From Squalus acanthias (taxonomy: Eukaryota), in NCBI GenBank assembly GCA_030390025.1, contig CM059431.1:104720001-104784000 (forward strand): a stretch of 64,000 bases of DNA, read 5' to 3'. Positions 37,948-50,147 of the stretch are shown here, one piece after another. Position 1 is the stretch's first letter; each line of letters opens with the position of its first letter. The notes beneath the pieces were generated by a model. That model was not told the origin of the DNA. It did no database searches and saw nothing but the letters and a program-made list of their open reading frames with translations. A program made the position numbers and the translations under genes.

Positions 37948-40184
37948 CATGTGTCTTTGTAAAAGTAACATCAAATGAAAGACAGGAAACATAAGTTTGT
38001 AATATAACCAATTAAGATGACTGGGGAAACAATTAAGTACTCAGTTGAAGTGTTTTTGATTTACATATTGTAAAAGGTACAAACAGAAGACTTTGTAAAT
38101 ATTACATCAATAGATGTACCAAGCAATCACACTGTTTATGTGTTGAACTTGGAAAACACGGAGACGTGAAGTCTGGCTTATAGGCAGTTAAACTGATTTA
38201 AGAATTCAATAGAAAACCTTTGTAAGAATGGCATCAAATAGATAAATATGTTATACCATATTTTATGATAAGTTTCGAACACCTAAAGGTAGAGAAAGAA
38301 TTCTGCAAGTTAACAGCTGAACTGACAGTAAGATTAGAAAGAAGTCAACAGAGAGATGACTAGAGAGGATTAGCTTACATCAGCAGAAAACTTCAAAGAA
38401 TATGCCACTGCAAAAAGGGTATAAAAAATAGAGCTTTCAGATAGAAAGTCAGAAGTCGCTGGAACGGGCAGGCGATTCTCAGCTTCAGAGGCAGGCTCTG
38501 TAAGTTTTTAACTCTTTGAGTCTTGGGGATCAAAAGGTACTTTTATTTGATTTTGGTGGATATTCTGGATTAAGAATAAGTAGAAATGTAAAAATGTAAC
38601 GAAGTTAAGATTTGAGAATAAGGATCTCTGAGAATAGAATTGTAAGCTATTTGTATTTTGAACTGTTAAAGTTGCGATTGACTCACCAACTGTTAACTAA
38701 ATGTCGGTTCTTTAATAAATCTATATATTTTTAGAATTGTCTCACAGAGTACTTCTGTATTAAACTCGCAAACTCAATCTCTGTACACACTTTTGTGAGG
38801 AGTTGCAGAATTCTGGGGGGGAGTTTCTGGACCCTCATAATATCCGAAGGTTACAGTTTAGTTAAACTTATTAAAAGTGCTATCTGGAGGATGGTAACAT
38901 CTTCAAGTAGTTCCTTTCCTTTAGGGAGAGATAGTCTGAACCTTTAGACCCAATTAAGCTTCTTAAAGGATTCGGCTATCTCTAACTTTAGTTGAAGGTG
39001 AATGTCTGGGAGATACGCCTGATCCGGGGTGGCCCGAAAGGGCTAGGACTAGTAATTATCCCTTCAATCCCTCATACCCCAAAACTTGGCAACTCGCCCA
39101 CAGCATTCGTGTCCCAAACTGTGTGATTAACCTTGTTTTTCTCTCTCTCACTTTCTATCTGTTTTGATGCTTAGTTAACCATGGCCAGACATTCAGGGGT
39201 TGGAGAAAGTCATTGTTTTCACATCTGAAGGTTGTTGACTCGTGGTTCTCACAGAATTTTCAAAATCTTAACTTTTGGAGGAAAAAAAACAGCTTACAAG
39301 CACATGACTTGTTTTACAAATGTTGTCGCCAATGCAGTCTCTTGCCCTCAAAGCTTGTCGGTACATTTGGTCACTTTTAGATTCAGTCAAACAGTATACT
39401 CTTACATTGTCCTGCGATTTTTTCCTTTTTAAGTATTTATCCAATTCCCTTTTGAAAGTTACTATTGAACCTGCTTCCACCGCACTTTCAGTGCGTCAAA
39501 AAAAAATTCTCCTCGTCTCCCCCCTCACTTGTTTGCCATTATCTTAAATCTGTGTCCTCTGGTTACTGACCTTTTTTTAAATATATTTGAAATATAGTTT
39601 AATATATTTTGTGCCGTTTGAGCAATAATTAGGCACAATTCTCCCCAAAAATATTTTGCTACATTTGAAACGAATGTCTATAATTACAGGGATTCACAAA
39701 ATAGTTTATGGTATAATCACAAAGTAATTTGGATCGTAGAATTAAAAGTATATATGCTTTAAATGACGTTCAATGATTGTATTATATTATAGAATCAACT
39801 CAAATGAAAGGGATTATTGCAGCTATGCTAGAAATGGAAATTGTACTTTATTCAATTAGTTTTATAATTTTACTGGTACAAAGCAAACTACCTTTTCCAT
39901 GGACAGAGCGGAAAATGGAAGATCCAAAGCCATTGTTCCAAGAGGGAAAGCCCAGGACATAGGGTCACAAAGACTCATCTTTTCTTCCCAATTTGAATTT
40001 GGAAATAATTTACCAGCATTCTGAGTGTAGAGATAATGCCTTGATTAAATTATGTTTTTATACACTAACAATGTAAAATAAAAAGATAGTTTGAATGTCT
40101 ACTACATTCCATTGTTGCAAAGCTTTAAAAATGATTTTAGATTGAACTACAAGAGGAAACAAATCTTTTAAAGCATGCTTGCTT

Positions 40185-40885
40185 AGACCCTAAGCTCTGG
40201 AATTCCCTCCCTAAACCTTTCCGCCTCTTTACCTCTCTCTCTCTTCCTTTACCAGTTTTGGTCTCCTTATCTAAGGAAGTATATACTTGCCTTGGAGGCG
40301 GTGCAACAAAGGTTCACTAGATTGATTCCTGGGATGAGAGGGCTGTCATATGATGAGAGATTGAGTAGAATGGGCCTATACTCTCTTGGGTTTAGAAGAA
40401 TGAGAGGTGATCTCATTGAAACATACAAGATTCTGAAGGGGATTGACAGGGTAGATGCTGAGAGGCTGTTTCCCCTGGCTGGAGTGTCTAGAACTAGGGG
40501 GCATAGTCTCAGGATAAGGGGTAGGCCATTTAATACTGAGATAAGGAGGAATTTCTTCACTCAAAGGACTGTGAATGCTGAGTCTTTGAGTATATTCAAG
40601 GCTGAGATAGATAGATTTTTGGACTCTAGGGAAATCGAGGGATATGGAGATCGGGCAGGAAAGTAGAGTTGTGGTCGATGATCAGCCATGATCTTATTGA
40701 ATCGAGGGGCCGTACGGCCTACTCCCGCTCTTATTTCTTTCTATATTTTAAGTCGCTCCTTAAAACCTACCTCTTAACAGTTCTAATATCTCCTTACGTA
40801 GCTCGCTATCAAATTTTGTTTGGTAAAGCTCCCGTTTTACTGCGTTAAAGGCGATATATAAATGCAAGTTGTTGTTATTGTTGCC
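40185..40885 (+). mobile_element. L2 3' end (40185-40250, 40745-40885) split by a CR1 insertion
   Basis: ..ctctcttccttt | ..tcgctccttaaaacctacctc is contiguous in other L2 copies. Confidence 0.8.
40252..40742 (+). mobile_element. CR1 LINE 3' fragment
   Basis: ORF 40292-40666 QRFTRLIPGM..RGDLIETYKIL. Confidence 0.92.
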
Positions 40886-40954
40886 GGAATCAATGTATTT
40901 TTGGTGAAGTACGTCAGCCACAGTTTTATTTGAGGCTATGTTGAGCAGCCCTGC

Positions 40955-42103
40955 TGTGAAGGAATAAGCCATATAACCTATTCAGAAAAATACACTATCT
41001 TATGAAAGAATTCTGGCCTTATTAAAACATGACAAACTGGGTTTGGAAATTTAGAAACTTAACTATGAAATAGCTATGAAAGCATTCTGGCTATTGAGAT
41101 AAGACAGTTGTTGACCCTGAATAAATAACCTTATTGAAACAGAAGGTGAAGTGCTCTGACAGGCTGATCTTTTGCGAACAAAACAATGGTTACCCTGGAT
41201 AAGGTGTTCTAATTTAAACTTCGTAAAGATGGCACATAAGATAAGGAACATCTGCCCTTGTGAAGATGACATAAAGTAAGGAACACCTGCCGTCACACCA
41301 TTTTTATATGGTAAACTTAGAACACCTAGAGATGAGACAAGATTGTGTAATGCTACCAGCTGATGTGGCAGTAAGAATTGCAGAGGTCGGCAGAAAAATG
41401 ACTAGGGATAATTAACTTGCATCAGCAGAAAACCTTAAAGGAGATACCACTGAAAAAGGGTATAAATATTGAACTCTCAAATGGGAATCAGACTTGCTTT
41501 AATCGGGCAAAGTGATTCTCGACTTCAGAGGCGGCTTTGTAGTCTACCACTCTTTGTACCTCGAGGATCAAAGGTATTTGATATTGATGGATATCCTGTA
41601 TAAGAAACCTTTAAGAACTGTAATATTGTAGTGAAGTTAAGATTTAAAAGTAAGATTCTCTGATAATAAGATCATAAGTTTTCTCTTTTTAGAATTGTTA
41701 AAGTTGCGATTGACTGATTCACCAACTGTAAATTGCATGTCAGTTCTTTAATAAATCTATATATTTTTAGAATTGTCTCACATAAGACTTCTGTATCAAA
41801 AACTCGCAAACTCAATCTCTGTACACTCTTTGTGAGGAGCTGCAGAATTCTGAGGGAGTTTTCCAGACCCTCATAATATCCGGGATGTTACAGTCTAGCT
41901 AAACTTATTAAAAGCGCTATCTGGAGGACGGTAACATTCTCGGGTTGTTCCTTTTTTTTAGGGGGAGATAGCCCGGACCTTTAGACCCAATTAAGCGTCT
42001 TTAGGATTCGGCTACCTCAAACTTTAGTTGAAAGTGAACGTCTGAGAAATACGTCTGATCCGGGGTAGCCCTAAAGGGGCTAGGACTAGTAAAAATCCCT
42101 TCA
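40955..42103 (+). mobile_element. Solo LTR, 1149 bp, uninterrupted
   Basis: TGTGAAGG..CCCTTCA, TSD CTGC; TATA gggtataaat ~41459, AATAAA ~41750. Confidence 0.9.
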
Positions 42104-42779
42104 CTGCTATGCTGACTACGAGAGGATGCCAATGAGCTCACATTGACAATATCCCTGAGATGCATGGAGGAGACTGGTTCTAGACTTGGGAATGGAGCTG
42201 ACCTCAGTTAAATGCATCCAGCTAACTTGCAGATTGCGATGCAAGCACGTAATGCAACTCCTGTAAGGTATTCCCCAGGGCGAACTAAAATGCTTTCCAA
42301 GTATTGAAGCCTCAGGAATTTCAGCCTAGATTTTCTGATTGGCATTATTTTAACGCTAGCACTAACCCAGTTAGAAAAAAAAATGGGTTGCTGCTTGCAT
42401 TAAAATAACACCTATCATAAACCGTTCTCCCCCGGGGCAGTGTACTCCTGGTCTCTATAACTCATGTACATTTTCAAATAGTTTGTCAAAAGCTGCCTTG
42501 CTCCTTTCGTGAGGTGATCTTCTGCAAGATCTTCCTAGTAAGGCGATGGTTATATAACCCCTTCTGCCGCTCCAAATGTTCCTTATTGTTTTGTTCCTCC
42601 TTGTAAGCCATAATGTGGCATCTTTATCGGAAGATTCGCCTGTATATAAAGATGCAGAAGAATCTGTGTAGTTATGAAATTGTCATTTCTGAGAAAATCG
42701 CTCTGCTCCAAGTGCAGATGGTCAGTAGGGACGAATCGAGCAATATGACCTCTAACGATAGCAACGCTTCAACCTGAAC

Positions 42780-44115
42780 TTTAGTAATGAGACAGAAGTT
42801 CTAGACAGGCTAAAAGAGCTTAAAGCAAATAAGTCCTTAAGAAAGGGTAATGCTTATCCCTAAATACTAAGATAGACAAGGGAAGAGATTTATGAAGCAT
42901 CACAATTCATTAAGAGGAAGTCAGTAAACACTGGCGGTGTTCTAGTGTACTGGAAACAGGCAAATGTGATGCTTATTCCCAAAAATGATAATCAAACAGA
43001 CTCAGGCAAAGAACGACCCATTTGTCTTACATAAATACTGTATAAAATAATAGAATCAACCATCAGGAAGAAAGGTGAGGATTACCTGCATGATAATAAA
43101 GCAATATCTAATCTAGTTTCAATAGGTAATAGCCTGCTTGACCAACCACCTTGATTAATTTGATGAAATTAGCTGTGCAGATCCTTCTAACAATTGCATC
43201 TAGGGGCTGGATTTTCTCAATGAAGGCGCATTGGGGGTGGGACTGCTGGTTGTCGGGTTTTAGTCCCGCCCCCAATGACGTCCGGCCAACCCATGCTCTT
43301 TTTCCTTGATTGACCTTGTTAAGCCTGCCCTGCGGGCTTAGCGGCCAATTAAGGGAAAGCCGGTGAAAGAGGATATCAGCGTATGACATTTCATCTGTCA
43401 AAAATTTTTGACAGATGAATTGTCAGCATTTGACAGCTTAGAGAAGCTGTCAAACACTGACAATCTCTGTGTTATGGTGAGTCCTTGCACAAAAACTCAC
43501 CAAAACCTCTTTCCTCAGCAGAAATCAGATGGCTGCTGCATCTGAGAATGCAGCAGCCATTCTGTCATCTCTGCCGTTGAGGTGAGGTACCTTCGGATCC
43601 CCAAGGGTTGAAGCCTGCAAGAAGAAACAAAGGTAAGTAAACTTTTTTTAAACTTTACACTCACCTCTCATACTCACCTCTCCACACTTGCACCCATCAC
43701 TCACCTCCACAGCGGACTTTTTGATCCCTCTCACCCCCGCAGACCCACTGCTCGCCTCGCTGACCCTGGCGAGGTTCGCAGTCATCGGGAAGCCCGCACT
43801 TGCAGGGGCAAAATGGGGATAAGCCTCAAAACTGCCTGTTAACAGGCAGTTAATTGGCTGTAATCCCCTTCCAGCCTCGAGGAGATGGGTCCCTGTGTGA
43901 CTCGTGGACCCGCCTCCCGGGAAGATGGCACAGAGACGGGTTGGGAGCGGGTTCGGTACCCGCTCCCAGTTTCTGCCATTTTCCCAGCAGTCCTGCCTCC
44001 ATACCCGCCTCCCCAGGGCTAGCAAAATCCACCCTTGGTGTCTAAAATACATTCAACAAAGTTCCCCATGAAAGTTATTATTTATGCTTAAGGCAGTGAG
44101 ATTCCAGCTAGAACT
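42780..44115 (+). mobile_element. Ancient CR1 RT remnant split by a MITE
   Basis: EVLDRLKELKANKS..W KQANVMLIPK..RPICLT*ILYKIIES; resumes after 44034 with a FNKVPHE-like stretch. Confidence 0.7.
43204..44034. mobile_element. Harbinger-like MITE family D
   Basis: TIR gggctggatttt/aaaatccaccc; flanks tag/ttg; reverse-complement homology to 62678-63521. Confidence 0.8.
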
Positions 44116-44149
44116 TTAAACTATATAGTTAACATAACACAGTAGATGC

Positions 44150-45020
44150 TCAAATTACAAATAAGGTCATAAAAAAGCAAACAAAGCACTGGAGATCATT
44201 TCTAGGGGGATAGAATTGAAAAGCAGGGATGTTAAGTTAAATTTGTACAGAACCTTGTTTAGCCCACACTTGGAGTACTGTGAACAGTATAAAAAGGACG
44301 TAGAGGCATTGGAGAAGGTGCAAAAAAGATTTACTCGAATTGTACCAGAACTGAGAGGTTATACCTATCAGGCACGATTGAATAGGCTGGTGCTCGTTTC
44401 TCTAGATATGGTTCTAGACTTGGGAATGGAGCTGACCTCAGCTAAATGCACCCAGATAACTTGCACATTGTGATGCAAGCATGTAATGCAATTCCTATAA
44501 GGTATTCCCCAGGGCGAACTAAAATGCTTTCCAAGTATTGAAGCCTCAGGAACTTCAGCCTAGATTTTCTGATTGGCGTTATTTTAACGCTAGCACTAAC
44601 CCAGTTAGAAAAAAAAAATTCTCTAGAAAAGAGAATACTGAGGGGTCTTTAAGATTATGAAAGGGTTTGATAGGGTAGACATAGAGAAGATGTTTCCACT
44701 TGTGGGCGAGAGCAGAACTAGGGGACACAAATATAAGATAATCACTAATAAATCCAATAGGGAATTCAGGAGAAACTTCTTTACCCAAAGAGTGGTTAGA
44801 ATGTGGAACTCGCTGCCACGGGGATTGGTTGAGGTGAATAGCAGAGATGCATTCAAGGGGAAGCTAGATAAGCACATGAGGGAGAAAGGAATAGAAGATT
44901 ATGTTGATGGGGTGAGATGGAAAGGGATGGGAGGAGGCTGGTGTGGAGCATAAACACCGGCATGGACCAGTTGGACTGCAAGGCCTGTTTCTGTGCTTTA
45001 AATACTTTGTAATATTTTAT
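44150..45020 (+). mobile_element. CR1 LINE 3' fragment with a 212-bp insert
   Basis: LYRTLFSPHLEYCEQ.. and MKGFDRVDIEKMFP..WNSLP. Confidence 0.9.
44407..44618 (+). other. Templated insertion copied from 42175-42383
   Basis: Direct repeat ending in an A tract; 9-bp TSD ttctctaga. Confidence 0.9.
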
Positions 45021-45758
45021 AATATATACTGCTGGTCACCAAGACACAGGACACATTCAAGATGGTTCAGAGAAGAGACTTGAAATAATCTCTAACATGA
45101 AGGGAATGAGTTAAGAGGAATGACTATAGAAACTTAGGGGGAAAAATTGGGTGGCGCCCCTTTTAGTGCGCTAATGTCGCTGGGGCGCTAATTTTAGATG
45201 TTCAAATTATAGTGAACATCGTCCTCCAATATAGAATATAGTGAAAGAAAAGTAGATCTAGGTGGGCGCAGGTTCAAACTAGTAAGAGGCAAATTTATGA
45301 CTGCTCACAGGCAATTGTTTTACACACAACAAATGATCAACACAGGGAACGTCAGCTGTGGGGAAGCTACTAGAATCTGTCATTAGGGATAGAGTGACTG
45401 AGCACTTGAATGAATATGAGCTGAGCAGACAGAGTCAGCATGGCTTTGTTAAGGATTCCTGTGGAATGGATTTCCAGATGGAACAGTGAAGGCGAAAACT
45501 CGGGAGTCATTTAAGAAACAGTTGGCTGCTGTGATGAGGGAGAATGAAAAGATTAAAAGATGGATGAGCTAATATTGGCTGAATGATCTTCCTCACTTGT
45601 ATCATCTGGTGATGGTGGGCAGCTTGCCCATGATTACCTGATATGCATGGCTGGCAGACAAGGCTCCCTGTTGGTAGAGTTGATAAAATCAGCTCTTCTG
45701 ATATTTTCATAAGCATTACAGATATGGTATCAGTATCTGTAACAAGGCAGTACATAAT

Positions 45759-46524
45759 GGCCCAGAAATTAGACTTCGATGGTTGCCGCGGGGGTAAGGA
45801 TCCGGCGCGATCTTACCTACCGCGCCTGCCTTTATGGTTTTGGCCCACACAAACTTCTGGTCCTGGGCCTCTCCCTGGTGCCGGCGTGCAGTGTGTGCGT
45901 GTCCCAGAGGCGCAGTTAGTTTGATGCGACCTCTGGGATCACGTGGGCCAGTTAGAGCCAATGGCAGCACACCATCTTTCATTCATAGTTTAGACAGGAA
46001 GAGCTGTCAAAACTATGAATACAACTTGCCCCCAAAAGAACAGCTAAACCTCAATTAAATTAAAAAAAAAAACCATCACATTAATAAAATAACTATAGTT
46101 AAATAAATTAACCACTTTAAACAAAAATTTAAATTTTTGAAAAAATTTAAATTCTTTTTAAAAGTTATAAAAATAAACTTACCTTTCTTTAAAGTCTCTA
46201 AAAAAGATAAACCTGTTGAAAATTTTTTAAAATAATACTTAATTAACTACTTACCTTGGTAAAAGGGGGTCTTACGCCTCCTTTTTTCATGTGTAAAATC
46301 TTCAATACTTACCCTCGCGTTCAAACCTGAAAAAAAACCTAAGTGTGCTGCGTGCGCACAGCCTGTAGTGCGCACGCGGTTCACTTAGGAACCGCCCCCT
46401 TCGCAATATCGGAAGTGCCGGTTTCCCGCGCATGCGCAGTGCATGCAGGAAACCGACTCTTCGGGACCGAACATGGGTGAGTACACAGTGCGTACTCTCC
46501 CGTATTCGGCCGAATTTCTGGGCC
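45759..46524. mobile_element. Harbinger-like MITE family B
   Basis: Perfect TIR ggcccagaaatt; flanks aat/att. Confidence 0.92.
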
Positions 46525-46546
46525 ATTATCAGTAAATTTACAACAG

Positions 46547-46660
46547 TACATTACAACAGTGACTACACTTCAAAAAGAACTTCATTGGCTGTAAAGTGCT
46601 TTGGGATGTCTGGTGGTAGTGAAAGGTGCTATATAAATGCAAGTCTTTCTTTTTTCTTTC
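46547..46660 (+). mobile_element. Deu-SINE 3' tail
   Basis: tacattacaacagtgactacacttc..aaatgcaagtctttc. Confidence 0.8.
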
Positions 46661-46661
46661 A

Positions 46662-47125
46662 ATGATACCAGGGCTAAAAGGGTTAAATTATGAGGACAGG
46701 TTACACAGATTAGGCTTGTAGTCCCTTGATTATAGCAGATTAAAGAGTGAACTAATTGAGGTGCTTAAGATGATTAAAGGAGTTGATCGGGCAGATAGAG
46801 AGAAACCATTTCCTCTGGCGGGGGGGGGAGTCCAGAACAAGTGGGCTCAAACTTAAAATTAGAGCTAAGCTGTTCAGAGGTGATGTCAGGAAGCACTTCT
46901 TCACACAAAGGCCAGTGGAAATCTGGAACTCTCTCCTCCCAAAAAGCTGTAGGTCAATTGAGAATTTCAAATCTGAGATTGATAAATTTTTGCTAGGCTA
47001 GGGTATTAAGGGTTACGGAACCAAGGCGGGTAGATGGAGTTAAGATACAGAGCAGCCATGATCTAATTGAAAGGCGGAACAGACTCGAGGGGCTGAATGG
47101 CCTCCTCCTGTTCCTATGTTCATGT
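46662..47125 (+). mobile_element. CR1 LINE 3' fragment
   Basis: LKIRAKLFRGDVRKHFFTQR..IWNSL. Confidence 0.9.
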
Positions 47126-47909
47126 GATGTTAAAGGGACCAAAGTTTGTGACTCCATGATCGAGACAGCAGAGCCAATGTACCTTGGGTGTGAGTGCTGC
47201 AGTCGGGGCTGCAGTGAACTGACCTTAGAAAGGAAGGTCACGCATTGAAGTAAATTGGCAGCACAGTGCCTGACATGCTGGGAGTCGCCTGGAGTCAAGG
47301 GGTGGGTTACCTGACTTCAACGGCTCTTAAAAGGGCCGACCATTGTCCTCAAAGCTGTCCTGCCGCTGAATAGGGGAAGAAGTCCTGCAGCAAATGCTGG
47401 AGCTGCTAAAAGAGGCCCTGCACAGCAGGGAGACAGAAAAAGAAAGACGTTGCATTTCTATAGCGCCTTTCACGACTTCAGCATGTTCCAAAACGTTTTT
47501 GCAGCCAATGAAGTACCTTTTCAAGTTGCTTCGGCACTCGAACCATTAGAATTATTCAATAATTTCAATCAAGCAATGAAAGCAACGCAGCAAAGTGGGA
47601 ATTTAGTGCTAAAAAAAAATGGAACGATCAGATAATTTGAATTAACCACTTTAAATTAAGAGGAATAAATTGGATGCACCAACTGTTTCTTGGATGGTAT
47701 AGCAGCAAGAAAGTTCAAAGCAAATTAGCGGGGGAGGCCTACCACTGGATCCCTCACCCTACGAGTACTGCCTTCGATTTTCATCCCCTCGTCCCAGCAG
47801 TCCTTACATTGCCCCGCCATGTGTAAATGACAGCATAGAGGTGCGGTCCGGAAATCCTTGCCTCATGCCACTACTGCCACCCACCCCATGGACCACCAGG
47901 AGAGACAAA

Positions 47910-48510
47910 GAATTACATCGAATGTACAGCACAGAAACAGGCCATTCGGCCCACCTGGTCCGTGCCGGTCTTTATGCTCCACACGAGCCTCCTCCCACCC
48001 CGACTTCATCTCACCCCATCAGCACAACCTTCTCTTCCTTTCTCCCTCGTGATTTTATCTAGCTTCCCCTTAAATGCATCTGGGAAAATCACCTCTACTC
48101 CTTGTGGTAGCGAGTTCCACGTTCTTACCACTCTTTGGGGTAAATAAGTTCTTCTCTACGCCTACCCTATCGAACCCCTTAATAATTTTAAAGACCTCTA
48201 TTAGGTCACCCTTAGCCTTCTGGAGGAAAGAGCCCCAGCCTGTTTATCCTATCCTGATAAGTATAACCTTTCAGTTCTGGTATCTGGTGCGCAAATGGGC
48301 TGCTGCGTTTCCTACATTACAACAGTGACTCCATTTCAAAATGGACTTCATTGGCTGTAAATCCTTTTGGGACGTTTGGTGGTCGTGAAAGGCGTTATAT
48401 AAGTGTAGGTCTTTCTTTGTTTCTTTTATCATTCTTGTAAATCTTTTTTGCAGCTTCTCCAGAGCCTCTGTATCTTTTTATAATATGGAGACCAGAACTA
48501 TGCACAGTAC
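47910..48510 (-). mobile_element. CR1 3' fragment with a Deu-SINE tail inserted (48283-48425, +)
   Basis: CR1 tail cacagaaacaggccattcggcc; ends ggagaccagaactatgcacagtactc. Confidence 0.8.
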
Positions 48511-48816
48511 TCGATGATAGAGCCTGGGGCAACATCAGAAAGCCCACTGAATGCTTTTTCTGAAGGACGCATCCAGTGATGGCTGTAGGCATACACAGAC
48601 CCTTAATTTAAAATTTTGGTCTATACTGAAATGCTTTGCCAGGCCAAAAGGTTTTTTTCGAAGTGAAATAAAATTGTAACAGATGGTCTTCCATTGATAA
48701 GTGGACATGGAATGTGCTTTGATGTGCTTTACTGAAAGGCAGCAAACATGGTTGTGACTGCAGGGGGTAGTCATAGACAACAGAGATAAACAAACCCCCT
48801 TAGATTTGCAGACATC

Positions 48817-49490
48817 GGGCTGGATTTTCATTGACCCGTGGAGGCGGGTTTGGAGGCGTGTGGGGGGTTAAAATTGCGAAAAGTAGCGGGCGGGCACAAG
48901 TCCGCCTCCATCCCGCCTCCACGCAATTTTGATGAAATCATGTCTGCTGGTCCCGCCTGCGTCCCGCCTTTAAGAGACGGGATAGGCTGTTAAGGCCCTT
49001 AACAAGCACTAAATTGGCTCTATAATGCCATTTTGAAAGGCCTTTGTGATTTTAACCCTTGTTCTACGTGAAGCACGCCTATTCTGATCCACGATTGTGA
49101 AACCTGGCGGGAGCACATGTGGATAGCTGAATATCAGTGGCTGCGCTCAGTATCAGTGAGTGGTTGGCTGGCATCTGGGAGTGGTGGAGCAAAAAAAATT
49201 CTCTCTCTCTCTCTCTCTCTCAGATAGAGCTGCTGCTCATTTTGCATCCAGGTCCTCTCACAGCAAAGGCCAGGCAGTCTCTGATCTTCAATGCAGCATC
49301 AATGATGACATCATCAGAGGCGACTTTCAGACTGAAACCACTAATTAGTTCATGGGTTCCCACATGCTGGAACTCAATTGCCCAATTATGTGAAAATTGC
49401 ATCAATCTCCCAGATACAATTGCAGTCGGGTGGATAACACGAAAAGTGGATGACATGACCCCAACCCACCCCAGTATCAAAATCCAGCCC
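48817..49490. mobile_element. Harbinger-like MITE (D-type TIR)
   Basis: Perfect TIR gggctggatttt/aaaatccagccc; flanks atc/acc. Confidence 0.8.
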
Positions 49491-49521
49491 ACCGTGTCTA
49501 TAACAAAACAGTCCACAAGGT

Positions 49522-50147
49522 TGTATAATGACTTTTGGTGGCCAAAGGGGAGGAGTCAAACCTTTCAAGTTTTGAAATGCAGGATGCAATGTAACACATG
49601 AAATGTGACCAAGTGGTTTGCTGCCACTTTTGTAAACTTTATGAGTGAATGAACAATTTTGGGTTTTGATAAAGGCAGCTAACAGATAACCACACAGGAT
49701 GTGAGAGTGTGAAAGTTTGACAGCTCAAACAACTCAGGTCGAAGATTAAAGGAACATTTCACCATCTCTGAATGATTGATTTACTGGAAAAAACAAGGAA
49801 AACTGTATAAAAAAACCAGTGACGGAAAATATCGGCACCACAGTCAGAAGGAGGGGCCTGGCTGATCGTCTCAACTCAAAGAGCTGCCGTCGAAAGGCGG
49901 AGAGCTGCCGTCGAAAGCATGTGGCCTACAATCAAAGCTGGACTGATCATCGGTGGGTGGTTGTATGTATGATTTCCTGTAACATTATTGGTGGACTGCT
50001 CGAATAGTGGTTGGGGTTTTGAACCTGTCTTAGGAACAATAAAAGGTTAAAAGCAGAACCGGTGTATCTAGTGTAATTTCTCATAAGTCTCCAGTCCGAA
50101 CTCTACAACCCGTTGGACGGGGCGAAGGGTGATTCCGCATGGCCTAC
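49522..50147 (+). mobile_element. Candidate solo LTR
   Basis: TG..CA possible; tgtataaaa ~49804, AATAAA ~50038 then GT-rich; no convincing TSD. Confidence 0.3.

Larger units (their letters stand above)
35966..39066 (+). mobile_element. Solo LTR (inner), interrupted by two MITEs
   Basis: TGTAAAGG..CCCTTCA, TSD ATCC; TATA gggtataaaa ~38418, AATAAA ~38714; homologous to 40955-42103. Confidence 0.88.
35629..39406 (-). mobile_element. Solo LTR (outer, ~670 bp net)
   Basis: Termini TGTAA..TTACA; 4-bp TSD tggt/ttgt (1 mismatch); cleanly interrupts a CR1; strand inferred weakly from minus-strand AGTAAA at ~35720. Confidence 0.65.
35525..39575 (-). mobile_element. CR1 3' end split into 35525-35628 and 39407-39575 by LTR insertions
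   Basis: ctgctctttcccct.. | ..cctgcgattttttccttttt aagtatttatccaattccc is contiguous in other CR1 copies (cf. 6905-6965). Confidence 0.8.

Noticed and set aside
35966..42103. Two homologous LTRs as one provirus
   Set aside because: Each has its own distinct TSD (ATCC, CTGC), and the interval holds LINE debris with no gag/pol
47330..47445. Helical-looking peptide GEEVLQQMLELLKEALHSRE
   Set aside because: Upstream in-frame stop, no splice signals, and it runs into a SINE tail; cannot be supported
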